From positions 4,223 to 68,222 of the forward strand of contig JAHELB010000003.1 of assembly GCA_024644385.1 (NCBI GenBank): a stretch of 64,000 nt of DNA. The letters are read 5' to 3'. This document shows positions 18,058 to 26,362 of this stretch, in pieces (positions within the stretch are counted from its first letter, which is position 1; the number at the start of each line of letters is the position of its first letter). The notes beneath the pieces were generated by a model. That model ran no database searches and was not told the origin of the DNA. It saw only the letters and a program-made list of their open reading frames with translations. The DNA comes from Nitrosopumilaceae archaeon (GTDB lineage: Archaea; Thermoproteota; Nitrososphaeria; Nitrososphaerales; Nitrosopumilaceae). The position numbers and the translations under genes were made by a program.

Positions 18058-18144
18058 TGGCGCGGGGAGGGGGATTTGAACCCCCGTGTCCTTGCGGACA
18101 TAGGATTAGCAATCCTACGCCCTACCAGGCTAGGCGATCCCCGC
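18058..18144 (-). tRNA. tRNA-Ser (anticodon GCU) with a long variable arm and encoded CCA
   Basis: Hand-folded. Acceptor stem is GCGGGGA/TCCCCGC and D stem GCCT/GGGC. The anticodon stem TAGGA/TCCTA carries the loop TTGCTAA. The variable arm is GTCC-GCAA-GGAC and the T arm GGGGG-TTCAAAT-CCCCC. Confidence 0.95.
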
Positions 18145-18168
18145 ATAGGGAATGGTCAAATTAATCTG

Positions 18169-18176
18169 TAAATAAA
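18169..18176 (-). promoter_or_regulatory. TATA-like box (TTTATTTA) at -32 to -25 of tRNA-Ser
   Basis: Its position relative to the mature 5' end fits archaeal promoter geometry. Confidence 0.4.
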
Positions 18177-18177
18177 T

Positions 18178-18924
18178 TCATTCGTCACCAAATTGGCTGT
18201 AATTATTCACAATATCATCAATTGGTACTCGCTTTCCACCTACTATTTTTAGATCGACTTTAATCTGCTTGTCTACAATAGTTATGATGTTGTAGGTGTT
18301 TTCAAATAGTCCCCTAACCCTTTCAGACGTTGCAGCCCCTGCATTTACAACCATTAGCTTACCAAAATTCCAAATCCATGGTCTATGTTTGTGCCCACAT
18401 AAAACAAGATCGACACCTGTATCTAATATTGTTCGTAAAACATCTCCAGCATCTATTACGGTTAGTTGATCTGATCCAGTGTCGGGAATCGCAACAAGAT
18501 GATGGTGCATTGCTAAAATCTTTACTTTATCTTTGTATTTTTTCATTGTTCGCTCTAACCAAAGATTTTGTCGATATCCAACTTCACCTTCATTTCTATC
18601 AGGCCTTGCAGTTCCAAGTGTTACTAACACAATATCATCATTTAATTCATTAACTGTTTCAAAAGGAAAGAAATTTTTGAATAGTAAATAACCAGTATTC
18701 CTATAATCATGATTTCCACTAATAGAGAGAATTTTTTTTGTGTTAAATTGAGTTAAGAGTGATTTACACTCTTCATATTCCTTCATCATACCCTCATTTG
18801 TTAGATCACCTGTAATTACTATCACATCGGGATTTAGTTCATTTACTTCCTTAACAACTGTATCAAATATTTCTGGTTGAAACTGGGAACCAACATGGAG
18901 ATCTGAGAGTTGTACAATTATCAT
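18178..18924 (-). CDS. Calcineurin-like metallophosphoesterase
   Basis: Motifs DLHVG, GDLTNEG, GNHD, HHH and GHKH. Confidence 0.85.
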   Translation of the reverse strand: MIIVQLSDLHVGSQFQPEIFDTVVKEVNELNPDVIVITGDLTNEGMMKEYEECKSLLTQFNTKKILSISGNHDYRNTGYLLFKNFFPFETVNELNDDIVLVTLGTARPDRNEGEVGYRQNLWLERTMKKYKDKVKILAMHHHLVAIPDTGSDQLTVIDAGDVLRTILDTGVDLVLCGHKHRPWIWNFGKLMVVNAGAATSERVRGLFENTYNIITIVDKQIKVDLKIVGGKRVPIDDIVNNYSQFGDE

Positions 18925-19047
18925 CTTCTAACAAAATTAAAACAAATAATGTTAATAAATTACTCCAATTGAAAATATAACTACCTCCAAAAAATAGTTT
19001 TTGATAAGGGTAGAATTAAATACACTTTAACTTAAAATTTTGCTAAA

Positions 19048-20076
19048 ATGGGGAAAAAAGCAGCTGTGATTAATGGTGATGGAACCGGTCCTGAATTAGT
19101 AGACGCCATGATTCATGTCTTAGAATCTTGTAATACACAAGTTGAGCTTATTCGCTGCGAAGCAGGCTCAGAACAGTGGGAAAAAAATGGAGGTGACACC
19201 TACATTCCTGAATCTACATCAAAAATTCTAGATGAAAGCGATGCATGCTACAAAGGCCCCACTACAACAATACCATCACCTAGTGCTCCTAGGAGTGTTG
19301 CCGTATCTACACGACAAAAATTTCAGCTCTACGCCAACGTAAGACCAATTAAAACCTACGATAGACTCTCACCAAATAGAAAGCTTGATTTTGTATGCTT
19401 TAGGGAAGCAACAGAGGGATTGTATGCCGGTATAGAATTTGATACATCTGAAGATTCTGCTATAGCAATCAGAAAAACTACAAGAAAAGGGTGTAAAAGA
19501 ATTGCAGATTCTTCTTTTGAATGGGCAAAAAAATATGGATTGAAAAAAGTAACCGCGATTACCAAACGAAATATTCTAAAAAAAACTGATGGGATTTTTT
19601 GGAGTGAGATCGAAAGGGCGGCTCAAGAAAATCCAGGAATAGAGATTGAAGAGTATTATATTGATAATATGACCCAACAGTTAGTAAAAAATCCTGAGAG
19701 ATTTAATAATTCTGTTTTAGTCAGCACAAATTTGTTTATGGATATTATTTCTGAATGTGCATCAGGCAACACAGGTTCAATTGGAAATGTTTATTCAGCA
19801 AACCTTGGTGACAATTATGCCATGTTTGAACCAGCACATGGAAGTGCACCAAAATACAAGGGACTGGATAAAGTAAATCCTACTGCTGCAATTTTATCTG
19901 GGGCATGGATGGTAGAATATCTTGGTGAGCCCCAAATAAGAGACGCCATTTTCAAAGCAACCGATGAAATAATTAATGAGGGTAAGTTTGTAACATACGA
20001 TATTGGTGGGAATGCTAAAACGAGTGAAATGGCAGATGCAATTGCAAAACGTTCCGCTGAAATAATAAAAAGATAA
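19048..20076 (+). CDS. Isocitrate/3-isopropylmalate dehydrogenase family protein (substrate not assignable by eye)
   Basis: INGDGTGPE, NLFMDIISE (NLFGDILSD-like) and HGSAPK motifs. Confidence 0.85.
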   Translation: MGKKAAVINGDGTGPELVDAMIHVLESCNTQVELIRCEAGSEQWEKNGGDTYIPESTSKILDESDACYKGPTTTIPSPSAPRSVAVSTRQKFQLYANVRPIKTYDRLSPNRKLDFVCFREATEGLYAGIEFDTSEDSAIAIRKTTRKGCKRIADSSFEWAKKYGLKKVTAITKRNILKKTDGIFWSEIERAAQENPGIEIEEYYIDNMTQQLVKNPERFNNSVLVSTNLFMDIISECASGNTGSIGNVYSANLGDNYAMFEPAHGSAPKYKGLDKVNPTAAILSGAWMVEYLGEPQIRDAIFKATDEIINEGKFVTYDIGGNAKTSEMADAIAKRSAEIIKR

Positions 20077-20610
20077 TCACTTTTTTGCTTCAATAATTAT
20101 TAGTTCCTCGAAAAATAATTTCTTTTTTGCAATAACATTTGCTAATAATCCTTCTTTTTTTGTAAAATTAATTAAATCCTGATAATTGGAAAGCGAGGAT
20201 GTAATAAAGAGGAATTTTCCGGACTTTTTTAGGCATGGAATAGCTGATTTTATTATCTTTACAGGAATTACAAGTCCCCTTGGCCCACCGTCAGTAGCAA
20301 TATCCAAGATTTTATCAGTTGCTAGGTAAGGCAAGTTACAAACTATAAGATCAAATTTTACAGTCAGTGCGTCTGACCCATTACAACAAATGAGATTTTT
20401 TGTTTTGTAGGTTTGATTTTGTAGTACTTTATAATTAATATCAGTTCCAACTACAAAAGAAAAGTTTTCAGATAATAATTTTGTTAAATAACCCGAACCG
20501 CTTCCTATATCTAATGCAAATTCTCCTTTTTCATGTTCAATAATATCTGCTAAGAAAAAAGTATCCTCAGAAGGAGGATATTCTTCATTTACCAAGAATT
20601 TGATTTGCAA
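20077..20610 (-). CDS. HemK/Mtq2-like N5-glutamine methyltransferase
   Basis: Motif I LDIGSGSGYL and an NPPY-type motif CNLPYL. It is part of the conserved ksgA cluster. Confidence 0.75.
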   Translation of the reverse strand: MQIKFLVNEEYPPSEDTFFLADIIEHEKGEFALDIGSGSGYLTKLLSENFSFVVGTDINYKVLQNQTYKTKNLICCNGSDALTVKFDLIVCNLPYLATDKILDIATDGGPRGLVIPVKIIKSAIPCLKKSGKFLFITSSLSNYQDLINFTKKEGLLANVIAKKKLFFEELIIIEAKK

Positions 20611-21292
20611 GATTAATTATTTCTTCTCCTGAAAGATCATCTAGTCTTTTTTCATTTAGAGTTTCCTTGTTAAATTGTTTTAGAATATTTTTGACAGTTT
20701 TTCTTCTGTAGGAAAAAATTTTTTGGATTATATGAATTAGATCTTTATCCAAGATATTTTTTTGAATTATTCTTAGAACTACAGAATCTACTTTTGGGGG
20801 AGGGGAAAAATTATTTTTTTTTACCTTGAAAATACTTTTAATTTCAAAAGAATGATTTGCAATTATACTTACAGCTTTTCTATTCTTTGATGATTTGGCA
20901 AATAGTTTATCAGCAAATTCTTTTTGAACCATTATCACACCATGAGAAAAAGGAGTTTGAGCAAGCCATTCAATTGCATTTTTACTTTTAGAGTAGGGTA
21001 AATTTGATATAAAAATAGAAAAAGGATCTTTGTTCTTAAACCCGTCACCTGATTTTAAGATGAGATTGTTTATATTTGAAAAGATAGTTTTTGCTTTTCT
21101 AACAAGTTGTTCATCAACATCGATAGAAATTACTTTTTTTGCTTTCTCGCAAAGTAACGGAGTTAAAATTCCAGTTCCGGTTCCCAATTCAAATACAATA
21201 TCTTTTTTCGTAATTCTAGCCTCTGAAACAATCTTTTTGGCAATGGATTTTGAATTTAGAAAATGTTGTCCTAGTTTTTTTCTTTTTATCAT
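20585..21292 (-). CDS. rsmA: 16S/18S rRNA dimethyladenosine transferase (KsgA/Dim1)
   Basis: KKLGQHFL, ELGTGTGILT and NLPY motifs. Confidence 0.95.
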   Translation of the reverse strand: MIKRKKLGQHFLNSKSIAKKIVSEARITKKDIVFELGTGTGILTPLLCEKAKKVISIDVDEQLVRKAKTIFSNINNLILKSGDGFKNKDPFSIFISNLPYSKSKNAIEWLAQTPFSHGVIMVQKEFADKLFAKSSKNRKAVSIIANHSFEIKSIFKVKKNNFSPPPKVDSVVLRIIQKNILDKDLIHIIQKIFSYRRKTVKNILKQFNKETLNEKRLDDLSGEEIINLANQILGK

Positions 21293-21870
21293 CTCTTCAC
21301 AAAGAGATTCATTCTACTTTCACCCGTAATTTCATCCATAATTCGTTCTGAAATATGCTTTATGGGTTCCTTAAATCCAACCCTTTCTTGCAAATCTTTA
21401 TAACTTTCAAATTTTTTTTTATCTCGCTCTTCTATCATTATTTTCATGTATGTTTTTCCAATTCCTGGAATTAATTCTAACGCGTGTATCCTTGGAGTTA
21501 GTGGTTGTGCGTTATTGAGATATTCAACAAATCTTGTTTCGTTTTGGGTAACTATTTTTTCGACAACTGTTTGCAATTCAGTTTGTGATGAGGATGAAAT
21601 TTTATCATAATCCAATTTACCCAATACTGAGAGAACTTTTGTTCTTCCTTCTTTACCAATAAAAATTTTTTCTCCAATTTCAAAGGTAGAATTTGGAACA
21701 CCAAGAATTTCTAAAATTGTTAGTCTATCTTCTCCTATCGCTGTAATTATTATACCATCTCTTCCTTTAACCGTGGAGGATTTTCCCCTAGGATTAAAAT
21801 CTAAAACATATGCGTGTTCCTCATACTTTCTAGGTGAGTGTTGCTCCCTATACAAAATAAAACCTCCCAA
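21289..21870 (-). CDS. DUF655 HhH nucleic-acid-binding protein
   Basis: KYEEHAYVLDFNPRGK... with a C-terminal HhH (LELIPGIGK). The track ORF reaches 21942, but that part overlaps rpoF. The TTG at 21870 (or 21855) just after the rpoF stop is more likely the start. Confidence 0.7.
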   Translation of the reverse strand: MGGFILYREQHSPRKYEEHAYVLDFNPRGKSSTVKGRDGIIITAIGEDRLTILEILGVPNSTFEIGEKIFIGKEGRTKVLSVLGKLDYDKISSSSQTELQTVVEKIVTQNETRFVEYLNNAQPLTPRIHALELIPGIGKTYMKIMIEERDKKKFESYKDLQERVGFKEPIKHISERIMDEITGESRMNLFVKR

Positions 21871-21875
21871 GAAGA

Positions 21876-22211
21876 TTAAGAATGCTCCTTGATAATTTTG
21901 AGCATTTTTTCTAGAGTTTCCGCAAGGATAAGTTTCTTCCAACCAAATGTAAATGAACGTACTTCTGCTAAACTAGTAGGTCTAATGTTAACAATTTCAA
22001 CAGCTTCTTCTTCTGTTAATTCGCACTCTTTTATTAGTTGTTTTTTCATTTCCTTGGCATCTTTTGGATCAATTGCCGAAAATTTTGAAACATAATCATA
22101 TGTCCAACGTTGTATTTGGTCCATTTCTTCCGGATCTACTTTTTCTAAAATTCCTTTAACTTCCGAAAGAGATACAGCTTGTTTCTTTTTTACTTCTTCC
22201 ATTTTATACAC
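21876..22211 (-). CDS. rpoF: DNA-directed RNA polymerase subunit F (Rpo4/Rpb4-like)
   Basis: The size, the position between L21e and DUF655, and LSEVKGILEK...EEEAVEIVNIRP all fit Rpo4. Confidence 0.8.
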   Translation of the reverse strand: MYKMEEVKKKQAVSLSEVKGILEKVDPEEMDQIQRWTYDYVSKFSAIDPKDAKEMKKQLIKECELTEEEAVEIVNIRPTSLAEVRSFTFGWKKLILAETLEKMLKIIKEHS

Positions 22212-22503
22212 CGAATGGTTTGATATGATCTAGTCTAGTGATTAAGGTTTTTGTTTTATTCCCTAGTTTTACATCCAATGTAATTGCTCTTTTTCCTACA
22301 CTTGTGATATTTCCGACCTTACCATGGTATCTCCGGTGTGGTAGGCCTTTGTGTTGTCTAGGATCAATAATAACAAGGGCCTGCTCACCTTCATGGTACT
22401 CTCGCAGTAAAAAAGACACACCTCTTGGAGCATATTTGGTCATTACTTTTCTTGATTTGTGCTTAAATCCATGTGAATGACCTGAAGTTTTCTTGGTTGC
22501 CAT
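22204..22503 (-). CDS. rpl21e: 50S ribosomal protein L21e
   Basis: SHGFKHKSRKV...GEQALVIIDP...PHRRYHGKVG. Confidence 0.95.
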   Translation of the reverse strand: MATKKTSGHSHGFKHKSRKVMTKYAPRGVSFLLREYHEGEQALVIIDPRQHKGLPHRRYHGKVGNITSVGKRAITLDVKLGNKTKTLITRLDHIKPFGV

Positions 22504-22767
22504 ATCTGAGATAAATCTCCGCTAACCCTATTTTAACACTTTTCTTTGATTATCAAGAATTTTTTCCTAAAGATTTGAATTTTATCTCTTATTTTGCTAA
22601 ATTCGTGGTTTTGCAAACAAAATAAAAATGAAAACTATTATTATTTGATAATTTACAAATTCCCAAATCTAATTTTTTCAGAGATTAGTTTCAAAAATTA
22701 CTTTTTTTCTTGAAAAATAACAAATGTAAAATTTTGGATTTTTTGGATCAAACTTTATCTAATTCCT

Positions 22768-23253
22768 GTGAAAAAATATTTTATGTCTGAAAATAACTCC
22801 TCATTTTCTAATGAATCAATGGATTTATTGATTTCAGAGTGGAAAAAGTTGGAAAATATAATTAATCAAGCTTTTGAAAATTTTGAAAAACTTTCCATGC
22901 AAGAAATAATAGAGGCATATTATCAAGTAATTAATGTTACATCACTTGTAAAATTTTTAAGGCAGAAATTTAACGTTGAGAATACGACAGAGAATAAACG
23001 GTTCTTTGTTAGAATTATAGAAATCGAAAAATATATTGATGAAAAATTCAATACTAATTTTCATCCATTAATAATGTCGTATTTAGAAAAATTAATAGAA
23101 AATTCCAAGAAAAATCTTAAAAATATGACAAAAAATCAAGGAAATAAAACTAAAGAAGAGGTAGAAAATCAAGCAAAAATATTTGAAAAGTTACGTCAAA
23201 TGATGAGCACAAAAGAATTTGTAAATCAATATCACAGAGGATTAAAAAACTAA
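22768..23253 (+). CDS. Hypothetical protein (the start may be the ATG at 22783)
   Basis: ORF only; helical, Lys/Glu-rich. Confidence 0.5.
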   Translation: MKKYFMSENNSSFSNESMDLLISEWKKLENIINQAFENFEKLSMQEIIEAYYQVINVTSLVKFLRQKFNVENTTENKRFFVRIIEIEKYIDEKFNTNFHPLIMSYLEKLIENSKKNLKNMTKNQGNKTKEEVENQAKIFEKLRQMMSTKEFVNQYHRGLKN

Positions 23254-23303
23254 GGGGTGGTTTTTTACAATGAGTTTATCAAACCCTTTCTGATTACTGT
23301 ATT

Positions 23304-24140
23304 ATGATTGATGAGATTGGGGAAAATTTATCTCAACTAAAACAAGAATTTGTGAAAGTATACAAAGGAAATAGTCATATTCAAGAGATCATACCCATCT
23401 CAAAATCAGAAAACTTTCCTTTAGACACAGAACATTTAAAGATGCTTCATAGTTTTGCTGAAAAAAATCCAATTTACTATAATTCGTATGAACTGCTAAT
23501 TGGTAACATTCCGTGTATTGTATACGAGGGCGATATTAACCAGTACTGGCTAAACAGTATTAGCCATGGCTCAAGTTATCAACCATTTTATCCAACCTGG
23601 ATACTTAGCGCATACATTATTTCATTAATTGCAAAAAATCTTGATTATAGCGAAGTTTTGGATATTGGATCGGGGGATGGACGAATAGCCTATTGTGCAA
23701 AAATATTAGGGCTACAAACATTTTCAATTGAAGTCGATGAATCTCTAGTAGATCTTCAAAAATTAATTTCCTTTACAACGAAGGTGGATTTTAATCCCAT
23801 ATGCTCTGATGCCGTAGAATTTGATTATTCCGATCTGAAATTAAAAAAACCAATATTTTTTATTGGTGGGTTGGCTCAAATGGGAGGCGATATTTTGGCT
23901 AGTAGTATTATTGAAAAAATAAATGTAGAAAAGGATCTAAAAAATATCGGCATGACATTTGCTGGTACTTATTCTAAAAAATATTTTCCTGGAATCCCAT
24001 CTGAAAATATGTCAGAGGGAGGGTGGAAATCAATTATAGATAAAAATAATTTGAAGTTGGTCAAAACCATTACTCTTCCCACCGTGTGGACGTTTGACCA
24101 ACCTATTGATACCCCATACATTTTTACAAAATTTGATTAA
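23304..24140 (+). CDS. Putative SAM-dependent methyltransferase
   Basis: Motif-I-like VLDIGSGDGRIAYCA. The rest is unassigned. Confidence 0.5.
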   Translation: MIDEIGENLSQLKQEFVKVYKGNSHIQEIIPISKSENFPLDTEHLKMLHSFAEKNPIYYNSYELLIGNIPCIVYEGDINQYWLNSISHGSSYQPFYPTWILSAYIISLIAKNLDYSEVLDIGSGDGRIAYCAKILGLQTFSIEVDESLVDLQKLISFTTKVDFNPICSDAVEFDYSDLKLKKPIFFIGGLAQMGGDILASSIIEKINVEKDLKNIGMTFAGTYSKKYFPGIPSENMSEGGWKSIIDKNNLKLVKTITLPTVWTFDQPIDTPYIFTKFD

Positions 24141-24206
24141 ACTGTTTGAAAATGATTCAATGGTAAAGAACAAAGAAAACTGTTATCAAAGAATAGTAAT
24201 TCTTTA

Positions 24207-24599
24207 ATGGCAAAAAACAAATTTAACCTCATGACTGGAAAACAGCTGGTAATTAATCGAAACATTACTGATCCATTGTCAGCGGGAATTATTTATGACA
24301 AACAAAACCAAGATAAAATTTCTAAAAATAACATATTTGAACTTCATAGGGAACCATCCATGCCATTTGTTTTAGATCTAATATCGCAACTTGGGGAAAA
24401 AAATGGAATTATCTTGAAAGCCAGAGGCAAATCCATTGTAAATGCAGTAAATGTTGCCAAAATTATAACAAATAATCACCTAGAAGAGAGATCCATAGTC
24501 CATCAGGAGACAGTGGACTGCCATCCAATCCATGAAATGAGCGGTTTGGAATCGACTATTGAAGTGATTATTAAAATAACAAATCCAAAGAATTCCTAA
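24207..24599 (+). CDS. Divergent Alba-like protein with a ~45-aa N-terminal extension
   Basis: MPFVLDLISQLGEKNGIILKARGKSIVNAVNVAKIITNN parallels the Alba core seen at 6044..6322. Confidence 0.6.
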   Translation: MAKNKFNLMTGKQLVINRNITDPLSAGIIYDKQNQDKISKNNIFELHREPSMPFVLDLISQLGEKNGIILKARGKSIVNAVNVAKIITNNHLEERSIVHQETVDCHPIHEMSGLESTIEVIIKITNPKNS

Positions 24600-24691
24600 C
24601 CGTGGGAATCAAGGAGGTTAGTTGAATTTTTGGTTAGATCTAGATTTAAAGTTGATTGCTAGTTAAGTATGGGATTCTAAGGTAATAAAAT

Positions 24692-24836
24692 ATGGCAAAA
24701 AGAATAACAATAATAATAGATGAGAATTTTGATAAAAAAACTACGCCTGGTTAAAGCAAAACAAATTAAGAAAACTAACAGCTCTGGCTCATATTCTAAA
24801 ATACTCACTGATTTGATACGAAAACAATTGAAATAG
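24692..24836 (+). pseudogene. Ribbon-helix-helix (CopG-like) gene interrupted by a +1 frameshift in an A7 run (24734-24740)
   Basis: Frame 1 reads MAKRITIIIDENFDKK then stops at 24752. The next frame continues LRLVKAKQIKKTNSSGSYSKILTDLIRKQLK to the TAG at 24834-24836. Removing one A restores a 47-aa RHH-like protein. Confidence 0.55.
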
Positions 24837-24902
24837 ATTTAACTTTCCTTCCCAAAAAATTATTTCCAAATTTTAGAAAAACAAAGATTTAGAATCCACA
24901 AT

Positions 24903-25112
24903 ATGGGAAAAATTTTATTGGGTATCCCTTTGAAAAATAAAATAAAAATAGGATTTGTGGTTCAAATCATCCGAAAACAAGATCAACCAACTGGCAAGTT
25001 AACTGAAGGTATAGTAAAAAGAATTCTTACCTCAAGTAATTCCCACCCACATGGAATAAAAGTTGAATTGGAAGATGGGAAAATTGGAAGGGTTCAAAAT
25101 ATTCTGAATTAA
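24903..25112 (+). CDS. YwbE/DUF2196 family small protein
   Basis: IGFVVQIIRKQDQPTGKLTEGIVKRILTSSNSHPHGIKVELEDGKIGRV matches the YwbE pattern. Confidence 0.7.
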   Translation: MGKILLGIPLKNKIKIGFVVQIIRKQDQPTGKLTEGIVKRILTSSNSHPHGIKVELEDGKIGRVQNILN

Positions 25113-25178
25113 CTTATTTTTTTAAAATTATTAATATTTACAAAATTTTTTATTTGATATTATTTTTATTTAGAACTA

Positions 25179-26207
25179 TTGAAGTTAGTAATTTTATTAC
25201 TTTCATTTCTTTTTTCAGCACCTCTAGCTTATGCAGAAGATCCCTCAGAGGGTTGGAAAAGGTTGAGTGACATGCCGGAGGTAAGGTCTGAAATGGAATC
25301 TACTGCAATAAATAACAAGATCTATGTTCCCGGGGGATTCAACAGTAAATCAGAGGGTACCAACACAATTTTCATTTTTGATATTAAAAAAGATACATGG
25401 TATATGGGGGCTCCAATGCCACTGTCTTTACATCACGCGGCTACAACTTCCTTTAATGAAAAGGTATACGTAATTGGAGGATATCTTGATCCTTGGACAC
25501 CCTCAGATTCATTGCTGATTTATGATTCGGCTTTGGACATTTGGACTGTAGGTCCTGAAATGCCAACTGCACGAGGAGCATTGACTGCGCAGCTTCTTGA
25601 TGGGAAAATTTTTGCTGTGGGTGGAGTAAATAGAGAAGTACTTTCTGTAAATGAAGTTTTTAATCCAAAAACAAACACTTGGGAAATAAAATCCCCAATG
25701 TCTATGGCTAGAGAACATTTGACTTCGGTAGTATTAGATGAAAAACTCTATGTGATTGGGGGAAGAGATAGTAACCAATGGAATAAAGATCTCAATGAAA
25801 GATATGATCCCCAAACTGATTCATGGGAAATTTTAGAATCTTTACCAACTGCCAGAAGTGGGTTAACCGCATCTGTTCTAAATGGTGCGATCTTTGTTTT
25901 TGGTGGAGAGAGTAATCTTAAGACCTACAAGGAAAACGAAGCCTTTGTTCCAGGAGAGGGCTGGTTTTCACAACAGCCAATGCCAATTTCAAGACATGGT
26001 TTAGCCTCATCAACGGTTGGAAATAACATCTACCTAATAGGTGGCGGTGTTACTCCTGGTTTTAGTTTTAGTGGAATCACCGAGGAGTATCACAATACAG
26101 TAATCCCAGAATTTGGATCAATAGTAGGGTTAATTCTGGTAATATCTCTAGTTTGTATAATTGGTTTAAATTTAACAAAAAAATCGCTGTTTATTAGGTT
26201 TGGATAA
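25179..26207 (+). CDS. Secreted Kelch-repeat protein with a PEFG-CTERM sorting signal
   Basis: TTG start and signal peptide. About six Kelch blades (repeated xxIYVIGG / W motifs) precede the C-terminal IPEFGSIVGLILVISLVCIIG anchor. Confidence 0.85.
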   Translation: MKLVILLLSFLFSAPLAYAEDPSEGWKRLSDMPEVRSEMESTAINNKIYVPGGFNSKSEGTNTIFIFDIKKDTWYMGAPMPLSLHHAATTSFNEKVYVIGGYLDPWTPSDSLLIYDSALDIWTVGPEMPTARGALTAQLLDGKIFAVGGVNREVLSVNEVFNPKTNTWEIKSPMSMAREHLTSVVLDEKLYVIGGRDSNQWNKDLNERYDPQTDSWEILESLPTARSGLTASVLNGAIFVFGGESNLKTYKENEAFVPGEGWFSQQPMPISRHGLASSTVGNNIYLIGGGVTPGFSFSGITEEYHNTVIPEFGSIVGLILVISLVCIIGLNLTKKSLFIRFG

Positions 26208-26216
26208 TTTTTTTTT
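26208..26216 (+). terminator. Oligo-T tract (T9) immediately after the Kelch gene stop
   Basis: Archaeal RNA polymerase terminates at oligo-T runs. The position is directly 3' of the TAA at 26205-26207. Confidence 0.35.
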
Positions 26217-26362
26217 CTGATTTTATCCAAAAAATAATTTCGAAAAAAAACAAAAATAGTGATTATTTTTTTTTGATAAAAAAACTAATAGTATTTTTGT
26301 TTTTTTAATTTTAAATAATTTTGAGTTTTTTATAAAAGAGGATGATAAAAGAGAAAGAATCT

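Noticed and set aside
17882-18171. Track ORFs (76, 90 and 66 aa) covering the tRNA-Ser locus
   Set aside because: They read through a perfectly folding tRNA gene. The real small gene nearby is in another frame (17854-18015).
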